A DNA stretch of 47,605 bases, taken from Candidatus Aenigmatarchaeota archaeon (GTDB taxonomy: Archaea; EX4484-52). The DNA lies in contig JAGLPV010000016.1 in assembly GCA_023137195.1 (NCBI GenBank), positions 1 to 47,605 of the forward strand. Direction: 5' to 3'. The notes under the pieces are model-generated. The model did not search any database. It was not told where the DNA came from and worked only from the letters and a program-made list of their open reading frames with translations. Shown here one piece after another: positions 30,246 to 40,129 of this stretch. The position numbers were made by a program, and so were the translations under genes. Each line of letters starts with the position of its first letter. Position 1 is the stretch's first letter.

Positions 30246-30354
30246 TTGCGTGAATCAATACATAATATAAATACAAGTTTCCTAACATTCAGGGGAGTAT
30301 ATTAAAATATATAAACATGCGCGTAATTTAATAAGCAGACAACACAGAGTTAAT

Positions 30355-31527
30355 ATGGAACTTAACAAAGAGGAAACAGAGATTTTAAATGGCAGGGACG
30401 GCAATGCCGCGGCAAAGTCAATGGAAATTTTATATGCCCTCGGCGAGATTTTCGGAGCTGAAAAATTAATAGATATCTCATCTGTTCAGGTTGCAGGAGT
30501 TTCTTATAATAATCTGGGTGATGCAGGATTAGAATACCTGAACAACCTTGCAGTTGACGGCAAAGTAAAGGTAAAAACAATGCTCAACCCGGCAGGGATG
30601 GATTTAATTGACTGGAAAAAGATGGGAATTGAAGAGGATTTCGCGCAAAAGCAGATAAAAGTCATTGAAGCATTTAAAAAACTGGGCATCCGGATAAGCG
30701 CGACATGCACGCCGTATTTAATCGGCATTGAACCGAAAATAGGAGAACACATCGCATGGTCTGAGTCATCTGCTGTAATATATGCAAATTCAGTATTGGG
30801 CGCAAAGACAAACCGCGAAGGCGGTCCTTCAGCTCTTGCCGCCGCGATAGTCGGCAAAACCCCGTGTTATGGTCTGCACCTCGACAAAAACAGGCAGGCA
30901 GAGATAAAAGTATTTGTAGAATCAAACCCAAAAAATGAAGCGGATTTCAGCGCTCTTGGCTATTCAATCGGGAAAAAAATCGAAAATAAAATTCCTCTTA
31001 TTTACGGAATAAAAAATGCAACAGGAGAAGAGTTGAAGAACTTCGGCGCATCCCTCGCAACCTATGGAGGAACTGCAATTTTCCATATGGATGGCATCAC
31101 CCCAAACAAAACAACAATTCCTGGAGATTCAGTAAACATCAGCAAAACAGATATTGCAGATGCCTATGATTTTTTAAATGACAGAGAGGAAATAGATTTT
31201 GTAAGTGTCGGCTGTCCACACGCGTCCATTGCCGAAATCCAGAGCATAGCAAAACAAATAGAGGGAAAAAGCGTAAAAAAACCATTCTGGATATGCATAG
31301 CAAGAAAAACAAAAGAAAAAGCAGATGAACTGGGGCTGGTAAAGCCAATAGAGCAGGCAGGAGTTTTATTTGCATGCGATACATGCATGGCTGTCTCGCC
31401 GCTGAAGAACAGATTCAAATGCATGGCGACAAACTCAGCCAAAGCATGCTTTTATGGTAGGGGAACAAACAATTTTAATGTAAGATTGATGAGTCTGGAA
31501 GATTGCATAAAAGAGGCCACAGAATAA
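30355..31527 (+). CDS. Aconitase X catalytic subunit (DUF521); candidate phosphomevalonate dehydratase large subunit
   Basis: LNPAGMD, TCTPY, AWSESSAVIYANSVLGAKTNREGGP, GCPH and DTC. Confidence 0.9.
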   Translation: MELNKEETEILNGRDGNAAAKSMEILYALGEIFGAEKLIDISSVQVAGVSYNNLGDAGLEYLNNLAVDGKVKVKTMLNPAGMDLIDWKKMGIEEDFAQKQIKVIEAFKKLGIRISATCTPYLIGIEPKIGEHIAWSESSAVIYANSVLGAKTNREGGPSALAAAIVGKTPCYGLHLDKNRQAEIKVFVESNPKNEADFSALGYSIGKKIENKIPLIYGIKNATGEELKNFGASLATYGGTAIFHMDGITPNKTTIPGDSVNISKTDIADAYDFLNDREEIDFVSVGCPHASIAEIQSIAKQIEGKSVKKPFWICIARKTKEKADELGLVKPIEQAGVLFACDTCMAVSPLKNRFKCMATNSAKACFYGRGTNNFNVRLMSLEDCIKEATE

Positions 31528-31577
31528 TCGTGCAAAAAAACACAATACACCAAACAGATACGATTCTTTTTAAGAAA

Positions 31578-32423
31578 TTACAAAGAAATAAGAAAAATAC
31601 CGGCAACCACAATAAATATTCCAATCAATCTATGCCAGTGGAATTTTTCCTTTAAAAATAAAGAAGCAAATATGAATATAAAAACTGACTCCAGTCCACC
31701 CACAGAATATACTTTAGATGCATTCCCTACAGAAAGCGCAGAATAAAGCAAAAATACTCCTGTAGCGGCAAAAAAAGAAGATAAGATAATTTTATGTTTT
31801 TTTGTATCGAGTAATTTTTTTTGTTTCCCGGATAAGAACATATAACAGGACAATATAATCGTTGCTGAAAAATACATCATTATTGCCAGGGTAATTGGCT
31901 CGATATCAAACAATAATTTCTTTACTGCCAGAGAATAAACAGTATTCAGGATAACCACTACAGAGATTAAAAATATGCCTTTATCCAATGTCGGAACTTT
32001 AAAGCCATTTTTTGAAAGCACGACATAAACCCCGATTAAAATCAAGGCAACTCCCACGCAATTATATAAATTTACAAACTCGTTAAACAGCACAGTTGAA
32101 CTGATAAAAATTAGCAAAATTGCAAAGGATTGAAAATAAGGCATTATTATATCAACATCTTTTAATTTTAGTGAAGTAAAATATATTATTGCTGAAAGTG
32201 CATACAGTATTCCAATAACAGATGCCCCTAAAAGAGATTCAAATGTAAAAGTTAAATCAAAGAATAATAGTCCAAACATAAGCAATATTATGCCGTCAAA
32301 AAACATTTTTAATGTGGTGGTGCCGGCTGTGTCGTATCCTTCATTCATAAAATATTTGTCCATGGAAGTGGAAATCGAATAAGAAAAATAACTCAATATT
32401 GCTAAGACTAGCCAAAGTTCCAT
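31578..32423 (-). CDS. EamA/DMT family transporter
   Basis: Two repeats of five TM helices; C-terminal FLKEK...RLIG. Confidence 0.85.
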   Translation of the reverse strand: MELWLVLAILSYFSYSISTSMDKYFMNEGYDTAGTTTLKMFFDGIILLMFGLLFFDLTFTFESLLGASVIGILYALSAIIYFTSLKLKDVDIIMPYFQSFAILLIFISSTVLFNEFVNLYNCVGVALILIGVYVVLSKNGFKVPTLDKGIFLISVVVILNTVYSLAVKKLLFDIEPITLAIMMYFSATIILSCYMFLSGKQKKLLDTKKHKIILSSFFAATGVFLLYSALSVGNASKVYSVGGLESVFIFIFASLFLKEKFHWHRLIGIFIVVAGIFLISL

Positions 32424-32473
32424 ATCACCAGAGGCGACAAATCATTATATAATTGATAGATAATTTATATACA

Positions 32474-33196
32474 ATGAAAAAAGCAGCATTTTTTGATATA
32501 GACGGAACTTTAATCAAAGGTCAGATTGTAATGGAATTTCCACTCCATTTGATGAAGCGCAATTTTTTCAGCAAACGGGCATACCTGAAAATTCTGGCAA
32601 TCATCACAGCATATGGATCGGGCATCATGACATACAGGCAGGCAGGAATAAAAATCCTTGAAATATATTCTTATGCCCTCAAAAACAGGAGTGAAAAAGA
32701 GATAATAGAATGTTCAAAAGAGTTTGCAAAGGAACATATCAAAAAATCATATTCCTATTCATCACCCCTATTAAACTACCTCAAAAAAAATTACATACTT
32801 GTTGCCGTCAGCGCCTCCCCAATAGATCCAATTAATGCATTGACAGATTATTTTCCTTTCGATAAAGTATTTGCGACAGAAAGAGAGATAAAAAACAATC
32901 TATGCACAGGAAAGATAAAACTCGACATGCTTCAGAAAAACGCAAAGAAAAACACATTGCTGGATTTTTCTAAAAAGAACAATATTGACTTGACAAAGTC
33001 GTTTGCATTCGGCGATTCAAGTACAGATGCAGAATTTTTATACACTGTTGGTCATCCAATATCCCTTAACCCAAACAGGAAATTAAGAAAAATCGCATTA
33101 AAAAATAACTGGACTATGTTGACAGAGAGGGATGACGTTGTTGGAATAATCAAACAGATGATTTTAACAAATGGCAACAAATCCTCTCTTGACTAA
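32474..33196 (+). CDS. HAD-IB family phosphatase
   Basis: AAFFDIDGTL, VSAS, FAFGDSxxD and NP. Confidence 0.9.
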   Translation: MKKAAFFDIDGTLIKGQIVMEFPLHLMKRNFFSKRAYLKILAIITAYGSGIMTYRQAGIKILEIYSYALKNRSEKEIIECSKEFAKEHIKKSYSYSSPLLNYLKKNYILVAVSASPIDPINALTDYFPFDKVFATEREIKNNLCTGKIKLDMLQKNAKKNTLLDFSKKNNIDLTKSFAFGDSSTDAEFLYTVGHPISLNPNRKLRKIALKNNWTMLTERDDVVGIIKQMILTNGNKSSLD

Positions 33197-33757
33197 AAAA
33201 TCACTGATGATTTTGACTTCCCCATCCTCTGTGTTGTTTTCACAATCTACCACTAAATCAAAAGGGCTTTCATCCCCCAGGGTAAATCCGTATAATTTTT
33301 TGTAGTGGGCAATGTTTATTTCATCTCTCATGGAAATTGCTTTTTGGGCTTTCTCTTCAGAAATACCATCTCTACCGGCAAGTCTTTTTGTCCTCTCTTC
33401 TTTAGAGACTTTCAGGTATATTTTGATGGCCTCACAGTCCAGATATGGCAATGTCCAACTCGTCAGGGCAACAGGTTTTTCTTTGACCAGTTTCAGCATT
33501 TCTTTATCCAGTTCCCTGTCGAAACTGTCATCATTTTCTCTTTTTTCAAAAAAAGCAAAACCTTCATCGGTTTCCCAGAAATCCCCGGAATCAACATGCG
33601 TTTCTTTGCATGATTTTTCCTTCATCATTTTTTTTAATATGTCTCCTGCGCAGGTATATTCGAGATTAAAAATCTTTGCTATTCTTTTGGCAATGGTCGT
33701 TTTGCCGGAAGCAGGATATCCGCAGAAAACAACGGATTTGTATTTATCTTTTTCCAT
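33164..33757 (-). CDS. cmk: Cytidylate kinase, archaeal type
   Basis: GYPASGKTT, FDRELD, RxxRxxxRDG and YKKLYG. Confidence 0.85.
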   Translation of the reverse strand: MEKDKYKSVVFCGYPASGKTTIAKRIAKIFNLEYTCAGDILKKMMKEKSCKETHVDSGDFWETDEGFAFFEKRENDDSFDRELDKEMLKLVKEKPVALTSWTLPYLDCEAIKIYLKVSKEERTKRLAGRDGISEEKAQKAISMRDEINIAHYKKLYGFTLGDESPFDLVVDCENNTEDGEVKIISDFLVKRGFVAIC

Positions 33758-34026
33758 TAAATATATATGAGCGTAAATATATAAATTTTTGCAATGGATT
33801 CACTTTATGTAGTATCCTGATATTATTGCATGGTGAATTTAATATATATTTTTTATTATCCAGTTAATCACTATTTTCAAACATCAATCCAATAAGACAA
33901 TCTCTTGTGTTTAGATTTACCCCATATAAGGTAAATATCCAAAGGAATAAGAGTACAATAATTTTAGGATACTACGACCAGATATACAATAAAACAGTTT
34001 TATATAAGTTATTATCAGATAACCTC

Positions 34027-34896
34027 ATGCAAAAAATATATTTATTACCTTATCTAATTATTTTAGACATAAAGAGAAAAATATTTGGTACGAAGTATTT
34101 TGCTGAAGTTGACGTGACAGATAATTGTAATCTTAGATGTAAACATTGTTATCACTTCAATGGCAAAGAAGACTTTAAAGCAAAAGAATTGCCCATCGAA
34201 GTATGGGAAAAAAGATTCAATGACCTTCATAAAAAAGGTGTAAGATTCATTCTATTGGTGGGTGGCGAACCAACACTTAGAAAAGACGTACTTATGCTTG
34301 CAGACAAAATATTTCCATTTATTCATGTGATTACTAATGGAATTCTTAGGATTTCCAGTAAATTTGATCATCTTTTGTTTGTTTCATTGGAGGGAGATCA
34401 GAAAACTAATGATATGATTAGAGGTAATGGTGTTTTTTCTAAAGTAATAAATAACTATGAAGGAGATAAGCGTGTTGTTGTCAATATGACCATAAAGAAA
34501 GATAATTATAAAGAACTTGAAACTGTTGTTAAGATAGCTAAAGAAAAGGATTTTCGTGGTGTTGTTTGCAATATGTATACTCCGACAATAGGAGAAAAAA
34601 GTAATTCATTTATAGAAAAAAAAGAAAGAAAAATAATTATTAATGAATTAAGAAGAGTAAAATCAAAATATCCTGATCATTTCCTTTTAACAAAATCAAT
34701 GATAAACTGGTATGAGTTTCCAAATCATGTTGGGTTTTGTCATTGGGGTGATGAAGTACTGCACTTTGACGTTTCATGGAAAACAAGAAGATGCTTTGCA
34801 AACGCAGATTGTTCGAATTGTGGATGCCTGGCAGGAGCAATACAAAATCCTTTAACATTAGTAAGGAATCCTAAAGAGATGATAAAATTAATTTAG
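34027..34896 (+). CDS. Radical SAM protein with Cys-rich C-terminus
   Basis: CNLRCKHC, GGEP and ITNG; C-terminal C..C...CxxCxC. Confidence 0.88.
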   Translation: MQKIYLLPYLIILDIKRKIFGTKYFAEVDVTDNCNLRCKHCYHFNGKEDFKAKELPIEVWEKRFNDLHKKGVRFILLVGGEPTLRKDVLMLADKIFPFIHVITNGILRISSKFDHLLFVSLEGDQKTNDMIRGNGVFSKVINNYEGDKRVVVNMTIKKDNYKELETVVKIAKEKDFRGVVCNMYTPTIGEKSNSFIEKKERKIIINELRRVKSKYPDHFLLTKSMINWYEFPNHVGFCHWGDEVLHFDVSWKTRRCFANADCSNCGCLAGAIQNPLTLVRNPKEMIKLI

Positions 34897-35035
34897 AATT
34901 GTTCTTAATGCATTGTGTCAAATTAAAAAAAGAAAGCTCAGATCACCATTATTAAAAAGAACTCAAGAAGATTTTTTACATCTCCAACTTCTCCATAAAG
35001 TTGTAGACCGTGGAATTCTCACTTCTTACAAAAAC

Positions 35036-35247
35036 ACGGAAAATTCCTTTGCTCACTCATCAAACAGTTATTTCTTCGCTCAATACGACTTTTTCTGCAT
35101 CCTTACAAAATTTACATGCAGGAAAAACCACAAAAATCCTTCTCTTTTCAGGTTATACTCGGCTTTTTGAGGTTTTTGATGGCTCACTGCGGAATTTCCT
35201 TTTTCTTCGAAATTTACGGGAAATTCATTTGCTCGCTCATCAAAAAC
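35036..35247. repeat. Short direct and inverted repeat cluster overlapping the ATPase 3' end
   Basis: 29-nt direct repeat (35036-35064 and 35216-35244, 3 mismatches) plus hairpin arms gtttttgatg/catcaaaaac and gaatttcc/ggaaattc. Confidence 0.6.
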
Positions 35248-36536
35248 AACCATGCAGGAATGAACAGAATCTTTCCTCCATTTATTTTTTGTTCTTCAAA
35301 ATAATTTCTGGTAACGACAATGCCTTTCCTGGCTTTATATTCCTCCATAAAAAACAGGACATTTTGAAAATCTTCTTTTCTTATTGTTGAACGGTATTTT
35401 ACCTCTATCGGCAAAGGGTTTTTTTTGCCCAATATTATGTCAACCTCGCGGCTTTTTTTGTCCTGCCAGTAAGATGGTCTGTTGGAATATTTTAACAGGT
35501 GATTAAAAACGCATGTTTCTACAACAAGACCCGTTTGAGTCCCGTTAAGCAAAAAAAGAGCATTGTCCGCAACATAGATTTTCGGGTTCTTTTCGAAAGT
35601 TTTTCTTGTGCTTTTTGAGAAAAACAAGCTTTTTTGTATCATAAAAGAAGTATCCAGATAGTCAATATATGTTTTGATGGTTTCAAATTTCGTCTTCAGG
35701 GAAAAGGAGAGATTATTGTAATTTACTGTATTTCCTGACTCTTTTACAAAACAATAGAATAATCCTTCCATTATGTCTGTTCTTTTTATGTTGAATATAT
35801 TTACAATATTCCTGTAAAAAGTCAGATCAATTATTGTTTTGACGGCTTGTTTTAACTGCGACTCTTCCAGTTCGTACAGCCCGGGAAGCCCGCCAATTTT
35901 AAGATAGTTTTCAAATAAAATCTTTATTTTTTCTGCTTCCGGAGGGTATTTTATGTTGTATATGGACATTGCCCCCGGGTTTATTCCATTGTATTTTAAA
36001 TATTCCCTGAAAGAGAACGGGTAAATCTTATGGATGTTGATTCTGCCGATTAAACTTTCTCCGCCGCCTTTCAGGATATTCATGCTCGAAGAGCCGGAAA
36101 TAAAAATTTTCAGGGGGTATTCCTTGTCATAAAATGATTTTAAATCTTCGCTCCAGTCTTTTATTTTCTGCACTTCATCAAAAAATAAGTATATTGTGTC
36201 TTTCAATTCATAGGCTGGTTTTTTTAATATTCTGCTAAAATACAGGAAGATTATCTTTTTGATGATCTTTTCTTCTTTGATTGAGTCAAAAGAGAAATAC
36301 AGGATGTTCTTTTTGTTGATGTTGTTATTTAACAGGTGATTTATTTGCTGTTTGAGGATGGTTGTTTTGCCAATTTGTCTTAAGCCTATTAGCCCGGTTA
36401 TTTGCTTTGATTTTAATTCATTGATGAGTTGAGGGTATATGTCGCGGGTTATTAGGTTGTCTTTTAGTTTTATTTTTCCGTCACGCCACCATGGGTTTTG
36501 TTCTGTTAGTTCGGTTAATAGTTCTTCTTCGTTCAT
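35214..36536 (-). CDS. AAA_14/DUF4143 ATP-binding protein
   Basis: QNPWW, GLRQIGKTT, FFDEVQ, ISGSS, PFSFREY, GGLP and EVD...PIEVK. Confidence 0.92.
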   Translation of the reverse strand: MNEEELLTELTEQNPWWRDGKIKLKDNLITRDIYPQLINELKSKQITGLIGLRQIGKTTILKQQINHLLNNNINKKNILYFSFDSIKEEKIIKKIIFLYFSRILKKPAYELKDTIYLFFDEVQKIKDWSEDLKSFYDKEYPLKIFISGSSSMNILKGGGESLIGRINIHKIYPFSFREYLKYNGINPGAMSIYNIKYPPEAEKIKILFENYLKIGGLPGLYELEESQLKQAVKTIIDLTFYRNIVNIFNIKRTDIMEGLFYCFVKESGNTVNYNNLSFSLKTKFETIKTYIDYLDTSFMIQKSLFFSKSTRKTFEKNPKIYVADNALFLLNGTQTGLVVETCVFNHLLKYSNRPSYWQDKKSREVDIILGKKNPLPIEVKYRSTIRKEDFQNVLFFMEEYKARKGIVVTRNYFEEQKINGGKILFIPAWLFLMSEQMNFP

Positions 36537-36569
36537 GGGTTAAATATAGAGGGAATGTTTATATAGTTG

Positions 36570-36620
36570 ACTCCAGTAACTGGAGTGAAAATGGGGGTTT
36601 TTGTTCCGGTTAGGGGAGTG
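36570..36620. promoter_or_regulatory. Palindrome ACTCCAG-TAA-CTGGAGT with a degenerate copy 33 bp away, upstream of the ATPase TATA box
   Basis: Perfect inverted repeat at 36570-36586; gttccggttaggggagtg at 36603-36620. Confidence 0.55.
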
Positions 36621-36659
36621 GATGATTTGTTAATTGGGACATATAGGACTTCGAGAAGT

Positions 36660-36800
36660 TTGCGAAGTGAAAATTTAGATGGAACGTAGCGAAATCCTAG
36701 GTTATATTCTCATCTGAAAGATTGTAAGGAGCGGAGCGACGAAGAGTTTTTGGATTACCAATAGATTCGACCGAAGGGAGTCAATATGTGCGTAGCACAG
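36660..36800 (+). other. Structured non-coding element with several GNA-triloop mini-hairpins
   Basis: GCGGAGC (36731), CCGAAGG (36771), TGTGCGTAGCACA (36787-36799), degenerate GCGAAGT (36662) and ACGTAGC (36684). Confidence 0.5.
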
Positions 36801-36919
36801 AGGCTGAGATGGTTTTTAAAAGACAAATTATATTATCATAAACAAGAAAGGGGGCGAGAAAATTCTAAAATAGCAATATTTATAACGATTTGCGGATATT
36901 TACTTATAGCAATAATATT

Positions 36920-39900
36920 ATGATTTCAAAAAACATCAGGGATTTAACTTTTATTACGAATGAAGAAGGAAATAAGTTATCCGATAAGTTTAGTATCCTT
37001 CTTAAAAATACAAAATTTTTTGATTGTTTGGTAGGATATTTCTATACGAGCGGATTTCATGCAATGTATAAATCTCTTGAAAATACAGATAAAATCAGAA
37101 TTTTAATTGGCATTAGTACGGATAGAAAAACATACGAATTAATTCAAGAAGCTGAAAATTCAGAATCTCAAATACAATTAGGTTTTTCAAGCAAGGAAGC
37201 AAAAACTCATTTTTCTGATAAAATAGTTGAGGAGATGAATAATTCTAAAGATTCAAAAAATGTAGAAGACGGTATTTTGAAATTTATTGGATGGCTGAAA
37301 TCGAAAAAGTTAGAGATTCGGGTTTATCCAGCAGAAAAAATTCACGCTAAATTATATATTATGACTTCCAGTGGAGGGGGTTTTGGAGATAAAGGTAGGG
37401 TGATAACAGGTTCTAGTAATTTTACAAAATCAGGATTAAATGATAATCTTGAGTTTAATGTTGTTCTGCAAAGACCAGAGGATTATGAATTTGCTTTAGA
37501 AAAGTTTGAGGGATTATGGGAAGATTCAGTTGATGTTTCTGAAAAATACATTGAAACTATTAAAACAAAGACTTGGCTAAATGATGAAATTACACCCTAT
37601 GAATTATTTTTGAAATTTTTGTATGAATACCTAAAAGAGAAGATACAATTAGATCAAAACCAGCTTTCTGATGATTTTAAACCTGAAAATTATATGAAAT
37701 TAAAATATCAGGAAGATGCGGTTTGGGATGCAAAGCAGAAATTAGATGAGTTTGGAGGAGTATTTATTTCTGATGTTGTAGGTTTGGGTAAAACATATAT
37801 GGCAACAATGTTAGCTCAAGAATTAAGGTGCAAAGTTTTGGTTCTTGCACCACCAATCCTATTAAATGATAATAATCCTGGTTCATGGCCTAATGCTTTT
37901 AGAGATTTAAGGGTTGGAGGGGTTTATTTTGAGTCATTGGGAAAATTGGATAATGTATTGAAAAGAGGCACGGAGAAATATGATGTTGTAATTATTGATG
38001 AAGCTCATAGATTTAGGACAGAAACTACACAAATGTATGAAAAGCTCTATAAAATTTGTAGAGGAAAAAGAGTTATTTTGGTTACAGCAACACCATTAAA
38101 TAATACGCCCATGGATATTCTTGCTCAAATAAAATTATTTCAAAATGCCCATAAATCAACATTGCCTAATCCCAAAGTAAGAGATTTAGAAAAATACTTT
38201 AAATCTCTTCAAGCAAAATTAAAAAATCTTCATAGGCAAGAAAATAAAGAAGATTACCTTAAAATTGTTCAGGAGAATGCAGAAGATATCAGAAAAAATG
38301 TTTTAAAACATTTAATGGTTAGAAGGACAAGAACCATGATTGATAATTATTATAAAAAAGATTTAGAAAAACAGAAATTAAAATTTCCGAAGATAAAAGA
38401 ACCAGAGGCAGTAATATATAATTTTTCAGAACAAACAGATAAAATATTTTTCAAAACATTAGAATTAATTGTTCATAAATTTAAATATTCTCGATATACA
38501 CCATTACTTTACTTAAAGGAAGAACTTCCAGAAAACCAACAAACACCTCAAAAGAATATGGGAAAATGGATGAAGATTCTCTTAATGAAACGATTAGAAA
38601 GCAGTTTTTATGCTTTTAAGAAATCAATTTCAAGATTTATTTATTCCTATACGAGATTTTTAGAAGAGTATAAAAACGGCAAAGTTTTCATTAGTGAGAA
38701 ATATACTTCTAAAGTATTTGAACTTTTGGAAGACGAGGATTTTGATGCTGTTGATAAATTAATTACTGAAGATAAAGCTAAAAAGATTGATTCAAGTAAA
38801 TTCACAAAGGGTTTTATTGATGATCTTAAGGCAGATTTAGCCATTCTTGAAGATGTTAATTTAATGTGGCGTGATGTTGATATAGATCCAAAGCTTGAAA
38901 CTTTTATTGAATTATTAAAAAATAATAAAATTCTTAAGGAAAATAAAATGATTGTATTCACAGAATCAAAGGAAACTGCTCAATATTTAGAATCTAAATT
39001 AAATCCTATATTTAATAACAAAGTTATTTCTTATTCTAGTGTTTCTGGAGAATCAACAAGAGAAAAGATTATTGATAATTTTGATCCTGCATCAAAGTCA
39101 AAAAAGAATGATGTAAGAATATTAATTTCAACAGAAATTTTATCTGAAGGCGTAAATTTGAATAGGTCTAATATTGTAATTAATTATGATATCCCTTGGA
39201 ATCCAATAAGAATGATGCAACGAGTAGGGCGTATAAACCGAGTTGGAAAAAATCTTCCTTTTGATGAAATTTATACTTATAATTTCTTTCCTGCCGGACC
39301 TATTAATGAGCAGATAAGTTTGACAGAGGCAGCAGAAGTAAAAATTCAATCATTTATAGAAATGCTTGGAAATGATGCGAAACTTCTTACTAATGAAGAG
39401 GTAAAATCTCATGAATTGTTTAAAAGATTAAATTCTAAAGAAATTTTAACTGGTGAAGAAGAAACAGAAGATATGGAATTAGAATGGCTTTTGAAGTTAA
39501 GAAAGATTAGAGATAACAAACCAGAACTTTTTGAAAAAATTAAAAGATTGCCAAAAAAATCAAGGACCTCAAGAAAAATGACCACAGAATTTGGACTTTT
39601 TACATTTTTTAAGAAGGGCAAATTAAGAAAATTATATTTTAATAATGGCAGATTTATTAATGAAATTGATTTTGATAAAGCTGTTGAAATGTTAAATGCA
39701 AAACCAACAGATAAAAAGATGAAATTAGCCTCTGATTTTTATAAGATGCTTAAACAGAATAAAGAAGAATTTAGTGACTTCTTCATAAATGAAGCAGATG
39801 CTCAAAAAGGAGGGAGTAAAGGACATGAAGGAAAGATTAAAAAAATCGTGAAAGCGATATTAAAGAAACCAGATGGATTAACTGATGATGATGAGGACTA

Positions 39901-40129
39901 TTTGAAAAATATACTAAACCTTATTCAAGATGGCGTAATTCCAAAAGAAACCCTGAAAAGAATAAATAATGCAATCAAAAAAGAAGAAATCAATCCCTTA
40001 AAGATATTTGCGAAAATTAAAGTTATTATCCCAGAGAATTCTGAATTTTTCAAAGAAACATATGCGAGTTTTTCAGGAAATATTGAAGGTCCAAAAGAGG
40101 TAATTTTATCGGAGATGTTTATAAAATGA
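36920..40129 (+). CDS. PLD-nuclease + SNF2-type helicase (restriction-associated)
   Basis: IHAKLYI...GSSNFT (HKD-type), DVVGLGKT, DEAH, TATP, SEGVNL and QRVGRINR. Confidence 0.9.
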   Translation: MISKNIRDLTFITNEEGNKLSDKFSILLKNTKFFDCLVGYFYTSGFHAMYKSLENTDKIRILIGISTDRKTYELIQEAENSESQIQLGFSSKEAKTHFSDKIVEEMNNSKDSKNVEDGILKFIGWLKSKKLEIRVYPAEKIHAKLYIMTSSGGGFGDKGRVITGSSNFTKSGLNDNLEFNVVLQRPEDYEFALEKFEGLWEDSVDVSEKYIETIKTKTWLNDEITPYELFLKFLYEYLKEKIQLDQNQLSDDFKPENYMKLKYQEDAVWDAKQKLDEFGGVFISDVVGLGKTYMATMLAQELRCKVLVLAPPILLNDNNPGSWPNAFRDLRVGGVYFESLGKLDNVLKRGTEKYDVVIIDEAHRFRTETTQMYEKLYKICRGKRVILVTATPLNNTPMDILAQIKLFQNAHKSTLPNPKVRDLEKYFKSLQAKLKNLHRQENKEDYLKIVQENAEDIRKNVLKHLMVRRTRTMIDNYYKKDLEKQKLKFPKIKEPEAVIYNFSEQTDKIFFKTLELIVHKFKYSRYTPLLYLKEELPENQQTPQKNMGKWMKILLMKRLESSFYAFKKSISRFIYSYTRFLEEYKNGKVFISEKYTSKVFELLEDEDFDAVDKLITEDKAKKIDSSKFTKGFIDDLKADLAILEDVNLMWRDVDIDPKLETFIELLKNNKILKENKMIVFTESKETAQYLESKLNPIFNNKVISYSSVSGESTREKIIDNFDPASKSKKNDVRILISTEILSEGVNLNRSNIVINYDIPWNPIRMMQRVGRINRVGKNLPFDEIYTYNFFPAGPINEQISLTEAAEVKIQSFIEMLGNDAKLLTNEEVKSHELFKRLNSKEILTGEEETEDMELEWLLKLRKIRDNKPELFEKIKRLPKKSRTSRKMTTEFGLFTFFKKGKLRKLYFNNGRFINEIDFDKAVEMLNAKPTDKKMKLASDFYKMLKQNKEEFSDFFINEADAQKGGSKGHEGKIKKIVKAILKKPDGLTDDDEDYLKNILNLIQDGVIPKETLKRINNAIKKEEINPLKIFAKIKVIIPENSEFFKETYASFSGNIEGPKEVILSEMFIK

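Noticed and set aside
34913-35390. Short + strand ORFs between the radical SAM and ATPase genes
   Set aside because: They overlap repeats or the antisense of the ATPase and have no recognisable motifs.
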